Below, in pieces: positions 47,700 to 58,124 of a stretch of 64,000 nucleotides of DNA. A program made the translations under genes and the position numbers. The notes beneath the pieces are model-generated. The model made no database searches. It was not told the DNA's origin and saw only the letters and a program-made list of their open reading frames with translations. The stretch lies in the NCBI GenBank assembly GCA_016930515.1, contig JAFGGO010000027.1:21382-85381 (forward strand). Reading direction: 5' to 3'. Source of the DNA: Promethearchaeota archaeon (GTDB lineage: Archaea > Asgardarchaeota > Lokiarchaeia > Sigyniarchaeales > SOKP01). The stretch's first letter is position 1; the number at the start of each line of letters is the position of its first letter.

Positions 47700-49667
47700 A
47701 TAAATTACGCCGACTTTTTTCCATACGATAGTTTTCGAGAGTCTCAAGAGAATATCATAAAAACGATCGAAAAATCAGCGAGAGAACGAAATAATATCAT
47801 GTTAGTTGCACCCAATGGTACTGGAAAGACGGTTATTGCTTTGAGCGCCCTTCTTCCTGTTGCTTACGAGAAAAATCTAAGAATTATTTACATGTGTAGG
47901 ACTCACTCCCAGAACGCTAGGGTGATAAAAGAACTCAATAAAATTTCTGATGTCTTATCAAATAACAACAAGAACATCAAGATCAGGGGGATATCGATAC
48001 GAGGAAGAAACGAGATGTGCCTTCACGAGACTCTTCTATCCCTGAAATTAAGCCCGCGGGAGTCAATGTCGCTCTGCAAGGACCTGCGAAATAATCGAAA
48101 TTGTCCTTATTTCTTGAATTTATTAAAAAAGAAGAATGAATTAAACAATCCTGTTCTCATCTCTCCTGAAACCTTTGACAAGCCCATAGAAGCCGAAGAA
48201 CTCATTGATCTATGTCGCGACAAGAAATTATGTCCTTATTTTTTAAGCAAATTCTTGCTTGAGGAAATGAAGGTCGTGATATGCAATTATCAATGGATAT
48301 TCAATCCAGACATTCGTGAAACTTTCATGAAATTCATTGGCAGCGAAATCGAAAATTGTCTTCTCATTATCGACGAATGTCATAACATCATTGATGTTGC
48401 AACGGATGTGAACTCCCAGAGGATATCGCCCTATTCGCTAAAAACGTGCCTAAAGGACTTGGAAATGTATCAAGCACCCATTAAAATGCAGGGGCTCGTA
48501 AATATCCTCCTTGATCACCTCAATAACAAGAAAAGATCCATTAAAACGGAAGAAAAGGCCATAAAACCGCATTTATTCCTCGAGCTCTTGTACAAAAAGT
48601 TAGGATACACTGACTTAAACGGGTTTAAAAATTTAATACACGAAATCCACGATTATAGCGTCTCTATTCACGAAGAAAAGATCGCAAACGGAGAAGTATC
48701 TCGGGATTTCGTGGGCGGTTTGGCCGATTTTTGGTTAAAATGGATTGATGTCTACGAGAAGGAAAACTTTTTCTTCTGCTATAGCACGAAAGAGGTTAAC
48801 GAAAAACGATCCATTGCCTTAGAAATCGTGGCTCTAGACCCAAGAGAAATTGCAACTCCTCTCTTAAAAAATTGTAACGCATCCTTAAACTTATCTGGAA
48901 CAGTAAATCCGTATGTTTTTAATAACTTAATGGGTTTGAATAGTAGTGGAAAGAGTTATAAAGCTATTATTGCCGATACTCCATTTAAAAGAAAGAACAT
49001 CAAGGCGCTTATCGTGGAAGGCGTTGACACGAGAAGAGAAAATAGGACCTCGAACATGTATAAGAAATATATCGAGAAGATCTCTGAGGTAATTTATAGC
49101 ACCCCCGCAAATATCGGGGTATTTTGCGCTTCGTATAAGATTTTAAAGGGACTCATATCGAATGGGATCGAATTGGCAGCACGGAATAATCGAAAGAAAA
49201 TATTTATAGAAGAAATAGGCCAATCCGCTTCGGAAAATAGCTTTATGCTTGAAGATTTCAAGTCGATGGCTTCGAATGGGGGCGCCGTTCTTCTTGGCGT
49301 GTGTGGGGGAAGAAATTCCGAAGGAGAAGATTATCCAGGAGATTACATGAATTCCGTGATCATTGCAGGCTTTCCTTATCACTTGCCAACGCCGAGAATC
49401 GAAGCAAAGATCAAATATTACGATAAGGTATTCGATAAACAGGGATGGAACTTCGCATATCTTTATCCCGCAATTCAGAGAGCAAACCAAGCTTCTGGTC
49501 GTCCGATAAGAAAAGTTACCGACAAGGGGGCACTGGTATTCATGGATTCTCGCTTTAAATCCAAGCTTAATTGGATATCAAGTTGGGTAAAAAAAGAAAT
49601 GGAAATCGTTCCAGACAAGAAAAACGCCATTACGCAGAGTCTTTACCCGTTTTGGAACGGACAATAA
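47700..49667 (+). CDS. xpd: XPD/Rad3-family Fe-S DNA helicase
   Basis: APNGTGKT, four Fe-S Cys (MCL..LCK..CPY..LCPY), IIDECHN, LSGT, GRNSEGEDY, QASGRPIR; Q-motif region FFPYDSFRESQ lies in frame upstream of the tracked ATG 47799. Confidence 0.9.
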   Translation: MNYADFFPYDSFRESQENIIKTIEKSARERNNIMLVAPNGTGKTVIALSALLPVAYEKNLRIIYMCRTHSQNARVIKELNKISDVLSNNNKNIKIRGISIRGRNEMCLHETLLSLKLSPRESMSLCKDLRNNRNCPYFLNLLKKKNELNNPVLISPETFDKPIEAEELIDLCRDKKLCPYFLSKFLLEEMKVVICNYQWIFNPDIRETFMKFIGSEIENCLLIIDECHNIIDVATDVNSQRISPYSLKTCLKDLEMYQAPIKMQGLVNILLDHLNNKKRSIKTEEKAIKPHLFLELLYKKLGYTDLNGFKNLIHEIHDYSVSIHEEKIANGEVSRDFVGGLADFWLKWIDVYEKENFFFCYSTKEVNEKRSIALEIVALDPREIATPLLKNCNASLNLSGTVNPYVFNNLMGLNSSGKSYKAIIADTPFKRKNIKALIVEGVDTRRENRTSNMYKKYIEKISEVIYSTPANIGVFCASYKILKGLISNGIELAARNNRKKIFIEEIGQSASENSFMLEDFKSMASNGGAVLLGVCGGRNSEGEDYPGDYMNSVIIAGFPYHLPTPRIEAKIKYYDKVFDKQGWNFAYLYPAIQRANQASGRPIRKVTDKGALVFMDSRFKSKLNWISSWVKKEMEIVPDKKNAITQSLYPFWNGQ

Positions 49668-49676
49668 ACCAATTGA

Positions 49677-51473
49677 TTACATTTGACTGAAATGAAGCTT
49701 TTTAGCTTTTTGATACAAAGTTATTAATTTTGCCGTGACTGAACTCCACCTGAATTGTGAGTTAATCCTCTTGAAACAATTTTCTCGTATGGTTTCGTAA
49801 TATTTCTTGTTAATCAGTACTTGAGATTTCATTATAGCGTCTGAAATGAGATTGATGGTCTGAAAGCTTTCGAGCTCTTTTTCTGGTCCAAACTTGCTAA
49901 CTTCGCACAGTCTCAAGAAATCAATTAATGAAGTGGCAAATTGAGAGGGATCGTCCTTTTCTATTAAAATCCCCGTACCGTTTGCGGGATTTTGCCTGAT
50001 ATCGAGTATTGACTCTTGAAAGCCGCCCACCTTAGTGGCAATAACCGGTAATTTGGATGCCATGGCTTCCAATGCTATAATTCCAAATGGTTCCCACCTC
50101 GACAACGCAGCGTACACGTCCGCAGCAAGATAGGCAATGTAAAGCAACTGTTCAGAGGAACCAAAAATAATTCTAATGTTATTTGGATATTTTAACGCAC
50201 TCGTTGCGTAATTTTTGATATCATTAATGCTGTGTTCAGTTGGCATGAGTAGAAAGAGAAATTTAGCGTTTGGAATTGCGGATATGACCTCTGGAACAGC
50301 GTCTAGAGCAATATCGAATCCTTTTTGTGGGGTTATTCTTCCAGACATTAAAACAAGCGGTCCAGAATCGGTAAATGGTAAAATATTGCCAGTGTTAATG
50401 TATGGATTGCTTAACGATATCTCTTCGAGAACTTGGTTTATAATTGGGGAATTAATCGTTAGATCGTTACTAAGATTCGACATTTTACGCGTTAAGAGGT
50501 ATCTTTTTATTATATCACGAGAAATGGCTCTTTCTTCCGTTAATCCCAGCATTGATCTCATTTCTCCTCCAAAATAATAATTAACGTATTCGAAGATATT
50601 AGAATAGTCCCAATCGCATCCGTTCCAAACAAAATCCGTTTTAAACCTAAATCTTTCCAATCCAAGGCTTGGAAGGAGGTGAGATTCTAAATACGACTTG
50701 CTAACGGTCGTTACGATATCGCAAACATGCGCACCAATCGTTTCTACTTTTGGAGGTATCAGGTTTCCGCTTACATCCCGCTGTTGAAATAAGGAGAAAA
50801 TCTCGTTAAAACTCATTGTCGTAAAACCATTATCCGTTAAAATACGTAAGGGTGTTTCGTCAATACCGCAGGCTTTATAAAAATTTAAGTCGAAAGTCAC
50901 TCCCATTAACAAGTGAACTGTGATAAGTGAGGCAACATCCAATCCGTTCTTAGCAAGTTCTTGTTTCATTCCAATGAAAGGGATGATCGCGTGGTAATCG
51001 TGCAGGTGCACGATGTGCGGGAGTTTCGTTCTATCTTCCTGAGCGTAAAAATCGAGCACATATCTCATTCCTATACAATAAAGGCAGAGTTTTACGGCAA
51101 ATGTATCTGGATTATAAACCAAATTATCATCCAAATACTTGTTCGTGAATTCATTTTCTCCAGAAAGCAATACGAGATTTACGTTACCCTGTTTGAGCTT
51201 GTAATATGCAATCGCGTAACTGCTTTCAGTGTCAGCAATTCCAAAAGCACGAGGATCCAATTCTCCAACGCAAACAAAAGGTAATCTCTGAATCTCTGCC
51301 TTTTTTTGCAGCCGCTCGAGTTGACCGTGCGATGGGATAAAAACAGAGACATTATACTGATTTGCTAAATATCTTGCTTGATTAGCGGGGACTTCTCCCA
51401 GACCGCCAACTTTTATAATTCCTGCGTATTCAAATGTTAAAATCCACGCGTTCTCTCTATTTATCGTTGCCAT
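49677..51473 (-). CDS. glgA: Glycogen synthase (GT5/GT-B)
   Basis: KVGGLG ADP/UDP-glucose motif, HLHDYH, TTVSKSY, GRITPQKGFD, SRWEPFGIIALEAMA. Confidence 0.88.
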   Translation of the reverse strand: MATINRENAWILTFEYAGIIKVGGLGEVPANQARYLANQYNVSVFIPSHGQLERLQKKAEIQRLPFVCVGELDPRAFGIADTESSYAIAYYKLKQGNVNLVLLSGENEFTNKYLDDNLVYNPDTFAVKLCLYCIGMRYVLDFYAQEDRTKLPHIVHLHDYHAIIPFIGMKQELAKNGLDVASLITVHLLMGVTFDLNFYKACGIDETPLRILTDNGFTTMSFNEIFSLFQQRDVSGNLIPPKVETIGAHVCDIVTTVSKSYLESHLLPSLGLERFRFKTDFVWNGCDWDYSNIFEYVNYYFGGEMRSMLGLTEERAISRDIIKRYLLTRKMSNLSNDLTINSPIINQVLEEISLSNPYINTGNILPFTDSGPLVLMSGRITPQKGFDIALDAVPEVISAIPNAKFLFLLMPTEHSINDIKNYATSALKYPNNIRIIFGSSEQLLYIAYLAADVYAALSRWEPFGIIALEAMASKLPVIATKVGGFQESILDIRQNPANGTGILIEKDDPSQFATSLIDFLRLCEVSKFGPEKELESFQTINLISDAIMKSQVLINKKYYETIRENCFKRINSQFRWSSVTAKLITLYQKAKKLHFSQM

Positions 51474-51673
51474 ACTGCCAAAAAATATTCTTTAATAAAG
51501 TTGTATCAACCTCATTCTATAAAAATTTAACACCTTTAGATAAAAGTTATGTATATTTTTAATGTGCTTCCTTAGGTAACAATTAATTTCACAAAAAGTA
51601 ACCTATTTAGATTAGAATGTCTTTATAACACAAAAACGAATTTTAAACTAACATAATAAAAAAGTTTTTACAA

Positions 51674-52051
51674 ATGGTCGATAGACAATACATCAACCCG
51701 GGCACTCCCGTGGCCGGTCCTTATACTCCCGCCGTGATTGCGGGAGATTTGATATTTGTTTCAGGACAAATACCTTCTCACGATTGCTTAGGAATTCGTG
51801 ATCAAACCACGAGCGCACTCGAGAAAATAAAATTCTTACTAGAATCGTGCGGATCGAAGGTTGAAAACATCGTAAAAACAACGATTTACCTTAAAAATCT
51901 AGAAAATTTCAAGGATATGAACGAATCGTACAAATATTTTTTCCTACAAAATGGTGTGAGCGAAAATTTTCCTGCTAGGTCTACCGTTCAAGCTATTCCT
52001 CCCGTTATTAGCGTAGATATAGAGATAGAGGCAATCGCCGTTTTAAACTAA
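51674..52051 (+). CDS. ridA: RidA/YjgF family enamine deaminase
   Basis: GPYTPAV, FVSGQIP, VKTTIYL, F..MNE.Y, FPARS.V, IEIEAIA. Confidence 0.92.
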   Translation: MVDRQYINPGTPVAGPYTPAVIAGDLIFVSGQIPSHDCLGIRDQTTSALEKIKFLLESCGSKVENIVKTTIYLKNLENFKDMNESYKYFFLQNGVSENFPARSTVQAIPPVISVDIEIEAIAVLN

Positions 52052-52118
52052 TCATTAATATTTTTCCACAATCGTGACTTCATTCAATACAATACATTAA
52101 AGATTAAAAAAAAAACAA

Positions 52119-52868
52119 TTAGTTTAATATGTAGTATGTTGTTGCTGGTTGCAATAAAAAACCAATTACAAGAACAATCAAAATCAGTATACAACAACAG
52201 GAGAAAGTGTTTTTTGCTTCTCCATATTTCTTTTTTTCGCATTTATAAAATAAATAGGTAATACATATCATACAAGTAATTAAAGTTAAGAAAAGAACGA
52301 GATGAAGAAGGGAAATAAAATATTGTTCTACTTGAATTGGTTGTTTGCTTAAATTTGAAATGATCGGATAGAAGAAATTAAAAAATCCAAAACCAACTAA
52401 AAAAGAAACTATATTTGCTAATATAATCGTCCCAAACATCTTTTGCTTGGTGAATCTCCCTTCTACAACAGAGTTCGTTTCCTGCTTGAAAATTACATAT
52501 TCAATAAGGATCACGAGAGTCTCAATGATAAAGTATTTCCAAAGATCCGTTAATAGATACAAGTTGTTAAGATACGCAATCCATTGCGTTATTGGAACCG
52601 TGATTAAATTGATGAATAAGGCTGTCACTAAAAGAAACCTGAAATTATTCATTATTTTTAACATTGAACAACAATACACAATGAATTCGATTAAAGAGGT
52701 TATTAAAAATGTCAATGGTATGACAACAAGAAATAAAAATCCATAACCTAAATTGATGAAGTATTCATAACTTACAAAGACGGGATTTGCTCGCACTGTT
52801 GGGATTAATATACAAATAGTTAAAAATTCTAAAAAGAGAAGTACTTCTAATTTGTGTTTAGAATTCAT
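52119..52868 (-). CDS. Membrane protein with signal peptide (VRA|NPV), paralogue of 52874-53656
   Basis: Start reassigned to MNSKHKLEV (ATG at 52868) by comparison with the paralogue; IEFIVY, INLITVPITQ, ANIVSFLVG. Confidence 0.75.
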   Translation of the reverse strand: MNSKHKLEVLLFLEFLTICILIPTVRANPVFVSYEYFINLGYGFLFLVVIPLTFLITSLIEFIVYCCSMLKIMNNFRFLLVTALFINLITVPITQWIAYLNNLYLLTDLWKYFIIETLVILIEYVIFKQETNSVVEGRFTKQKMFGTIILANIVSFLVGFGFFNFFYPIISNLSKQPIQVEQYFISLLHLVLFLTLITCMICITYLFYKCEKKKYGEAKNTFSCCCILILIVLVIGFLLQPATTYYILN

Positions 52869-52873
52869 GTTGG

Positions 52874-53656
52874 TTACCCGTTTAATGTTGTGTAAAATAA
52901 ACTCGATTTTTGCATGATTATTACTGGAAATACGAATGAAGATATTAGTATGAAGATAAATATCAAACAACAATAACAGGAGTAAGTAAATTCAGTTTTT
53001 TGCCCATATTTTGCCATTTCGTAACGCTTGTAATAATAACCAATTCCAACAAAACAAGCAGCAATGATGCTGTGTAATATAATGCTGTAAAATGCTGTAA
53101 ATATTCCATCGATAAAAAATTGATTTAAGTTAGAAAAAACATTAAACAAAAAACTAAAAAATAATATACCCACTAAAAAAGAGATTAGATTTGCCACGAA
53201 TACCATTAAAGCCGATTTGTTTTTGTTTAACTCTATTTTCATAATTTCTCCTATCTCGTCTCTAAAAACAATTAATTCTATATAAAACACAAAAAATTCA
53301 ACAATGATATAAGTCCAGATACTCATGAAAAACAAATTAGTGAAATAAATCACCATTTGAGTAATGGGAACGGTCACAAAATTTACAAAAGCCACTAATT
53401 TGAATAATTTCTTTTTTTTTTTAGAATTTGATTTTCGAAAAAAAGCGTAATATACTACAAATTCAATTAAGATAGTAAAAATATATGTGAGAGGAATAAT
53501 AACCCAAATAAGGAATAAGGAGCCTTTTTGTAGGAGGTTTCCAATGGGTCCTATTGGTAGAATAACGGGATTAGCACGCACTTGTGGAAGGGATAACACG
53601 AAAATAAAAATAAAAATAAAAAAAAAATAAAACCCTGATTTTTGTCTTAATTTCAT
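52874..53656 (-). CDS. Membrane protein with signal peptide (VRA|NPV)
   Basis: IEFVVY, VNFVTVPITQ, ANLISFLVG, KYG...T.SC.CC shared with the neighbour. Confidence 0.75.
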   Translation of the reverse strand: MKLRQKSGFYFFFIFIFIFVLSLPQVRANPVILPIGPIGNLLQKGSLFLIWVIIPLTYIFTILIEFVVYYAFFRKSNSKKKKKLFKLVAFVNFVTVPITQMVIYFTNLFFMSIWTYIIVEFFVFYIELIVFRDEIGEIMKIELNKNKSALMVFVANLISFLVGILFFSFLFNVFSNLNQFFIDGIFTAFYSIILHSIIAACFVGIGYYYKRYEMAKYGQKTEFTYSCYCCLIFIFILISSFVFPVIIMQKSSLFYTTLNG

Positions 53657-53818
53657 AATTTTAATATCGTTCAGCGATATATTTAAATCAATTTGACAGT
53701 GATTTCGAGTTCAATAACATAGTTCTTGTATCTAAAGACAGGAATATTGTCTTTCGTGGGTTTCAACTTTAACCATAATACGAAAGGAATTAAATTGTTT
53801 GAAATCTAATACTTATTT

Positions 53819-55018
53819 GTGTGTGATACGCTTGTTGCTTTAGGAAATTCGACTCGAAACGGAAGCGTGATTTTTGGTAAGAACTCGGATAGACCTTCAA
53901 ACGAGGTTCAACTCGTAACTCATTCGCCTTCGAAAAGTTACTCCAAGCAAGAAAGAGTGAGGTGCACATACATAACGATTCCTCAAGCACGGAAAACTTC
54001 GGAAATATTTTTAAGCCAACCTTGGTGGATGTGGGGGGCTGAGATGGGAGCGAACGAACATGGTGTAGTGATAGGAAACGAGGCTGTATACAGTCAAGAG
54101 GAATTGAATGAAACGGGATTGCTTGGTATGGATCTATTGAGGTTAGGGCTTGAAAGAGGTACATCTGCTCAAGAAGCGCTAAAAATCATTTGCGAATTAT
54201 TAAGCGCCCATGGTCAAGGAGGAGGGTGTGCATACGACGATCCGAACTGGACATATCACAACTCTTTTATTATTGCAGATGCAAAGGAAGCATTCGTGTT
54301 AGAAACCGCGGGAAGATGGTGGGTCGCCGAAATAGTCAAGACCGTGCGATCAATATCCAATAATCTTTCGATAAGGGGAAAAGGAGATTTTCGAAGCGAA
54401 GGAATTATTCAACACGCCATAAATAAAGGATATTGTAAAGATGACGAGGATTTTGACTTTGCACTCACATTTACAGGACGATCGTATTTAAACGATCGAT
54501 CGCCATTTTCGAGAGGTGGAAAATCAAGACAATTACTTGAAGTCAACAAGAGTTCTATAACGCAAAGCAAGATGATGAGCTTTTTGCGAGACCATAATGC
54601 AGGAATTTGCATGCATGGTGCTTTCGAATCGACTGGATCGCAAGTTTCAGAGATCAATCTAAAAAATACTCATATTCACTGGTTTACGGGAAGCACGCTT
54701 CCGTGCTTGAGCAATTTCAAGCCATATATATTTCCAAATGATAATAAAAATGTTTTAAAGCCTGGACCCTATAAAAATATCAATCGTCAATGGTTTTGGA
54801 GCAAACATGACGCTAAGATAAATCGATTCAAGGAAAATTCCACAAATTTAGTAGCATACATGAATAAACTCAACAAGATAGAAAAAGAAACAATTCAACA
54901 GGTTGATGCGATCTTATCCCTTGATTTAGTTAATAATTCTAATAAGATCCAAGTGCTCCTAAATAAGATTAATTCTAGTGTCTGGAAAGCATCCGAAGAA
55001 TTGATCGAAATGTTATGA
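53819..55018 (+). CDS. Secernin-like peptidase C69 (Ntn hydrolase)
   Basis: N-terminal nucleophile MCDT, FGKNSDRP.NE.Q, WMWGAEMGANEHGVVIGNEAV, LLGMDLLRLGLERG, ICMH. Confidence 0.92.
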   Translation: MCDTLVALGNSTRNGSVIFGKNSDRPSNEVQLVTHSPSKSYSKQERVRCTYITIPQARKTSEIFLSQPWWMWGAEMGANEHGVVIGNEAVYSQEELNETGLLGMDLLRLGLERGTSAQEALKIICELLSAHGQGGGCAYDDPNWTYHNSFIIADAKEAFVLETAGRWWVAEIVKTVRSISNNLSIRGKGDFRSEGIIQHAINKGYCKDDEDFDFALTFTGRSYLNDRSPFSRGGKSRQLLEVNKSSITQSKMMSFLRDHNAGICMHGAFESTGSQVSEINLKNTHIHWFTGSTLPCLSNFKPYIFPNDNKNVLKPGPYKNINRQWFWSKHDAKINRFKENSTNLVAYMNKLNKIEKETIQQVDAILSLDLVNNSNKIQVLLNKINSSVWKASEELIEML

Positions 55019-55095
55019 AAAGATAAAATTCTTATTTTACAAAATATTATCCTCCTCAATTAAACATCAAGTTAAATAACATCAAGGTTTTAATC

Positions 55096-55380
55096 GTGTC
55101 AACACAAGTAATAGGAAAAGAAGGCGTAATTTCTAACTATCGGCGAGGTCGCCACACGGTCCATCAAAAACAATGCATCGTGGTGTTTCCAGATGTGAAA
55201 ACGAGAAGAGAAGCGAATATGCTAGCGGGCAAGATCGTTGTTTGGACAACTTCATCAGGGAGAGATATGAGGGGCGTCATCACCCGAGCCCACGGAAATA
55301 ATGGCGCTGTTAGGGTGTTATTTAAAAAAGCAGGGGTTCCTGGACAAGCTCTTGGCACGAAGATTAGAATTATTAAGTAA
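55096..55380 (+). CDS. rpl35ae: Ribosomal protein L35Ae (eL33)
   Basis: GVISNYRRG, GK.V.W, GVITRAHGNNGAVRV.F...PGQALG. Confidence 0.93.
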   Translation: MSTQVIGKEGVISNYRRGRHTVHQKQCIVVFPDVKTRREANMLAGKIVVWTTSSGRDMRGVITRAHGNNGAVRVLFKKAGVPGQALGTKIRIIK

Positions 55381-55542
55381 ATTTATATAACTTTTAATGC
55401 TCTTGCATTTTTTCGAGATATCTTGTTAGATTCACACTCGGAGCTTTCCTTATTAGAACCAGTATAAACCATTTTTTTGCATAATTTTATAAATAAATTC
55501 TTGTTACTAATATTTATCATAGTGATTTAAAAGTGCGTAAAA

Positions 55543-55923
55543 TTGAATTCCATCGTTATTGAAAACGAAGAAATAGGACAAGCAAAAGCAACTCTTCTTG
55601 TTGATAAGAACCCAAATACTTGCAAGGCGATTTACGAGGCTTTACCACTAGAACTCAACTCGAAGAGATGGGGTGACTGTCTTTACTCGTATACTCCGCT
55701 CCATCTCGAAGCAGAAAATACCCAAATCGAGGTTGAGATAGGTGATATTGGTTATTGGATGGATGGTGATGCTTTCGTCATCTTTTTTGGCCCAACGCCT
55801 CATAGCACGGACTCAACTCCCCGAGCAGCATCTCTAATTAACATATTTGCAAAAATCGATGGCAATCCCGAAATATTTCGAAAGTTCGAAAATTTCAGTG
55901 CTGTAGTTAGAAAAGGAGATTAA
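55543..55923 (+). CDS. Cyclophilin-like fold protein (DUF369/TM1367-like)
   Basis: PNTCKAIYEALP, RWGD.LY, VEIGDIGYW..G.AF.IFFGPTP. Confidence 0.85.
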   Translation: MNSIVIENEEIGQAKATLLVDKNPNTCKAIYEALPLELNSKRWGDCLYSYTPLHLEAENTQIEVEIGDIGYWMDGDAFVIFFGPTPHSTDSTPRAASLINIFAKIDGNPEIFRKFENFSAVVRKGD

Positions 55924-56174
55924 AAATTATACTCCAAGAATATGCGGCTTTAATTCTCTATTATGGATATCTTGAAGTTTTCTTTTTAAAAAATATCCTA
56001 TTCATAAAAAACCTTAAGAGGGAAAATTTAAGATAAAAACACATCGCTCTGCCCTTTATTTTTCATAACATTACGATAATACATGTATCATATATTCCTT
56101 TTTGAACTCTCGACATTGTATCATCTATTGATAGCAAGTTAATTAACGACTAGTTCGATAAGGTTTGCATAGTA

Positions 56175-58085
56175 ATGTCAGAGACAATCAATCTTCAGTT
56201 ATGTCGATTCTGCGAGAAAACCACCAAGCTCACCTATTATTGCGAGACGTGTGGGTCATCGTGTTGTTCCGACTGTTTGTTTGAAAAACAGGTAGAATAT
56301 TACACGTGTTATAATTGTAAAAAGGAAGTTCAAGTTGAAAAAAAAGAAGACAAGCTGGTATGTAAGGAATGCGGAAAGGAACAAATAAGCGTAGGTATCA
56401 AATACAAGAAAGCTTGTCCCAAGTGTAAATCTCATACCATTATTAATATCTACGAAAAAAAGGAAGAATTAGAACAACATTTTTTAAAATACATTAAGGA
56501 TGTTCGCAAGTTTGCTCAGCCGTTTTTAGAATTAAAAAGAAGGTTGGAAGACTCCAGAGAACACATTAAAAAAGCGAGAGATCCCCCAATCATGTGTTTT
56601 CACTATCCCACGATGGAAAGCGAAATGGTAATGTTGTTTAAAATGTTTAACGATGTTATTAACTCGCTTTTGGATCGAATCAACATGCACCTTCACCACT
56701 TTTCGCTAAACCAAGATTATTTTTTCGATATTTATTCGCAACCGAACTCTAGCTTGAGAGTGATACAAGACATTCTAAACAATCTAGAAAGAAGTTATAA
56801 GGGGATTGAAGAATATATTTCCAGCAACGAAAAGGAGATAACAAAGAAACTAGACAAAATAGATAAGGATTTAAAAATTGCAGATTATGTTACGAAATAT
56901 TTCCTTTATTTCGCAAAAGATTTAAAATTAGCAAGGGAAGAGAGACCCGTTTATGCCATTGCGGCTAAATTGGATAATGGATACAACCCTCAACCACTTT
57001 CACGACCTACTAGAGGTTACCTATTCATAACAAACCTCGATATATCGTTCGTTCACACGCATAAAATTGGGAAGAAAAGAACGAAACTAATTTTAAAAAT
57101 TCCAATAAAGGATCTACAGGACATTAAACCAACCGTTGCAAAGTTTAAGAAAAGAAAGATTTATTTAGAATTTACTTATGGAAAATACGAATTCTTAGTA
57201 AGGAATGAAGCCATACCTAAATTAATAGAATGTATTATCTTAGCTCCTCAATTTGGAGAAAATATAAAGCTTAACAAGGAAGCTGCCGATAAACTGCAAA
57301 GAATGGTACTTGATGTTAATAATATCGTAAATTTCATCGAAGAAGCCATTAATTCGTTCTTTAGTTTGAAATGTCGCTACAACCAGAAAGTGGGGGAAAG
57401 AGTGTCGCTAAATTTTGAAAAAAATCCTTTTAATTCAATTCAAAACCCTAATTTTCAGCCAAATAGCCAGCAAATGATTAATAATTCACCTTCTTCAATG
57501 TATTCTTGTTCTCAAAATCAACAAATACATCAAGCACCTGTTGCGGAAAATCAATTCATCTTTAATAATCAAAGACCTCAATATTCTGGGTTTGGGACCT
57601 ATTCTCCGAATATAGATGAAGATAAGAGCGTACTTATACGGCAATTAGGTAGGCAGCAAGGAAATCCTCAGACGCATCAATCCTCTCCCATAAATCCTAG
57701 ATATACTAACGGTTTTTATCCCTCCGAAACTTTTGAGGATTTTCCTTACAATACAGAATGGTTTCATAAGGCAGGATTGAATCGCAGCCCAAAACCAAAT
57801 GATGCTCCGTTTATACACCCTACTTACGAAAATTATAACAAGTATCACCTTTCAGATTATTTTGTTCCAAATCCTCGGGGTGAAGATATAGGAAAAAGAA
57901 TGAGGGTTTTAAAAAAAGAGCAATTCAATCTTAATAATACTCTTAATAAATTGGAAGCAAGATTTGAACAAGGATTACTGGCAGAGGATGAATATTTCAA
58001 TATCTATGGAAATATTCAAAAACGGATTGCTTCCATTGAGAAAAAAATCGAATTACTCAAAAACGACTTGCACGAAGAAATATAA
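56175..58085 (+). CDS. Multi-domain protein: Cys-rich Zn fingers, coiled coil, PH/GRAM-like domain, N/Q/P/S-rich linker, C-terminal helical hairpin
   Basis: CRFC..YYCETC...CCSDC plus three more CxxC; heptads; GYLFITNLDISF...IPIKDL; low-complexity stretch; LEARFEQGLLAEDEY. Confidence 0.7.
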   Translation: MSETINLQLCRFCEKTTKLTYYCETCGSSCCSDCLFEKQVEYYTCYNCKKEVQVEKKEDKLVCKECGKEQISVGIKYKKACPKCKSHTIINIYEKKEELEQHFLKYIKDVRKFAQPFLELKRRLEDSREHIKKARDPPIMCFHYPTMESEMVMLFKMFNDVINSLLDRINMHLHHFSLNQDYFFDIYSQPNSSLRVIQDILNNLERSYKGIEEYISSNEKEITKKLDKIDKDLKIADYVTKYFLYFAKDLKLAREERPVYAIAAKLDNGYNPQPLSRPTRGYLFITNLDISFVHTHKIGKKRTKLILKIPIKDLQDIKPTVAKFKKRKIYLEFTYGKYEFLVRNEAIPKLIECIILAPQFGENIKLNKEAADKLQRMVLDVNNIVNFIEEAINSFFSLKCRYNQKVGERVSLNFEKNPFNSIQNPNFQPNSQQMINNSPSSMYSCSQNQQIHQAPVAENQFIFNNQRPQYSGFGTYSPNIDEDKSVLIRQLGRQQGNPQTHQSSPINPRYTNGFYPSETFEDFPYNTEWFHKAGLNRSPKPNDAPFIHPTYENYNKYHLSDYFVPNPRGEDIGKRMRVLKKEQFNLNNTLNKLEARFEQGLLAEDEYFNIYGNIQKRIASIEKKIELLKNDLHEEI

Positions 58086-58124
58086 AATTAAAAATCATTA
58101 ATATATGGGATCTATCAGAAAAGA

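Noticed and set aside
52869-52973. 35-aa N-terminal extension of the 52119 ORF given in the track
   Set aside because: It overlaps the upstream paralogue; ATG 52868 gives a signal peptide matching the paralogue.
53734-53754. Hairpin AAAGACA-GGAATAT-TGTCTTT between divergent genes
   Set aside because: A 7-bp AT-rich stem is expected by chance and no second copy was noticed.
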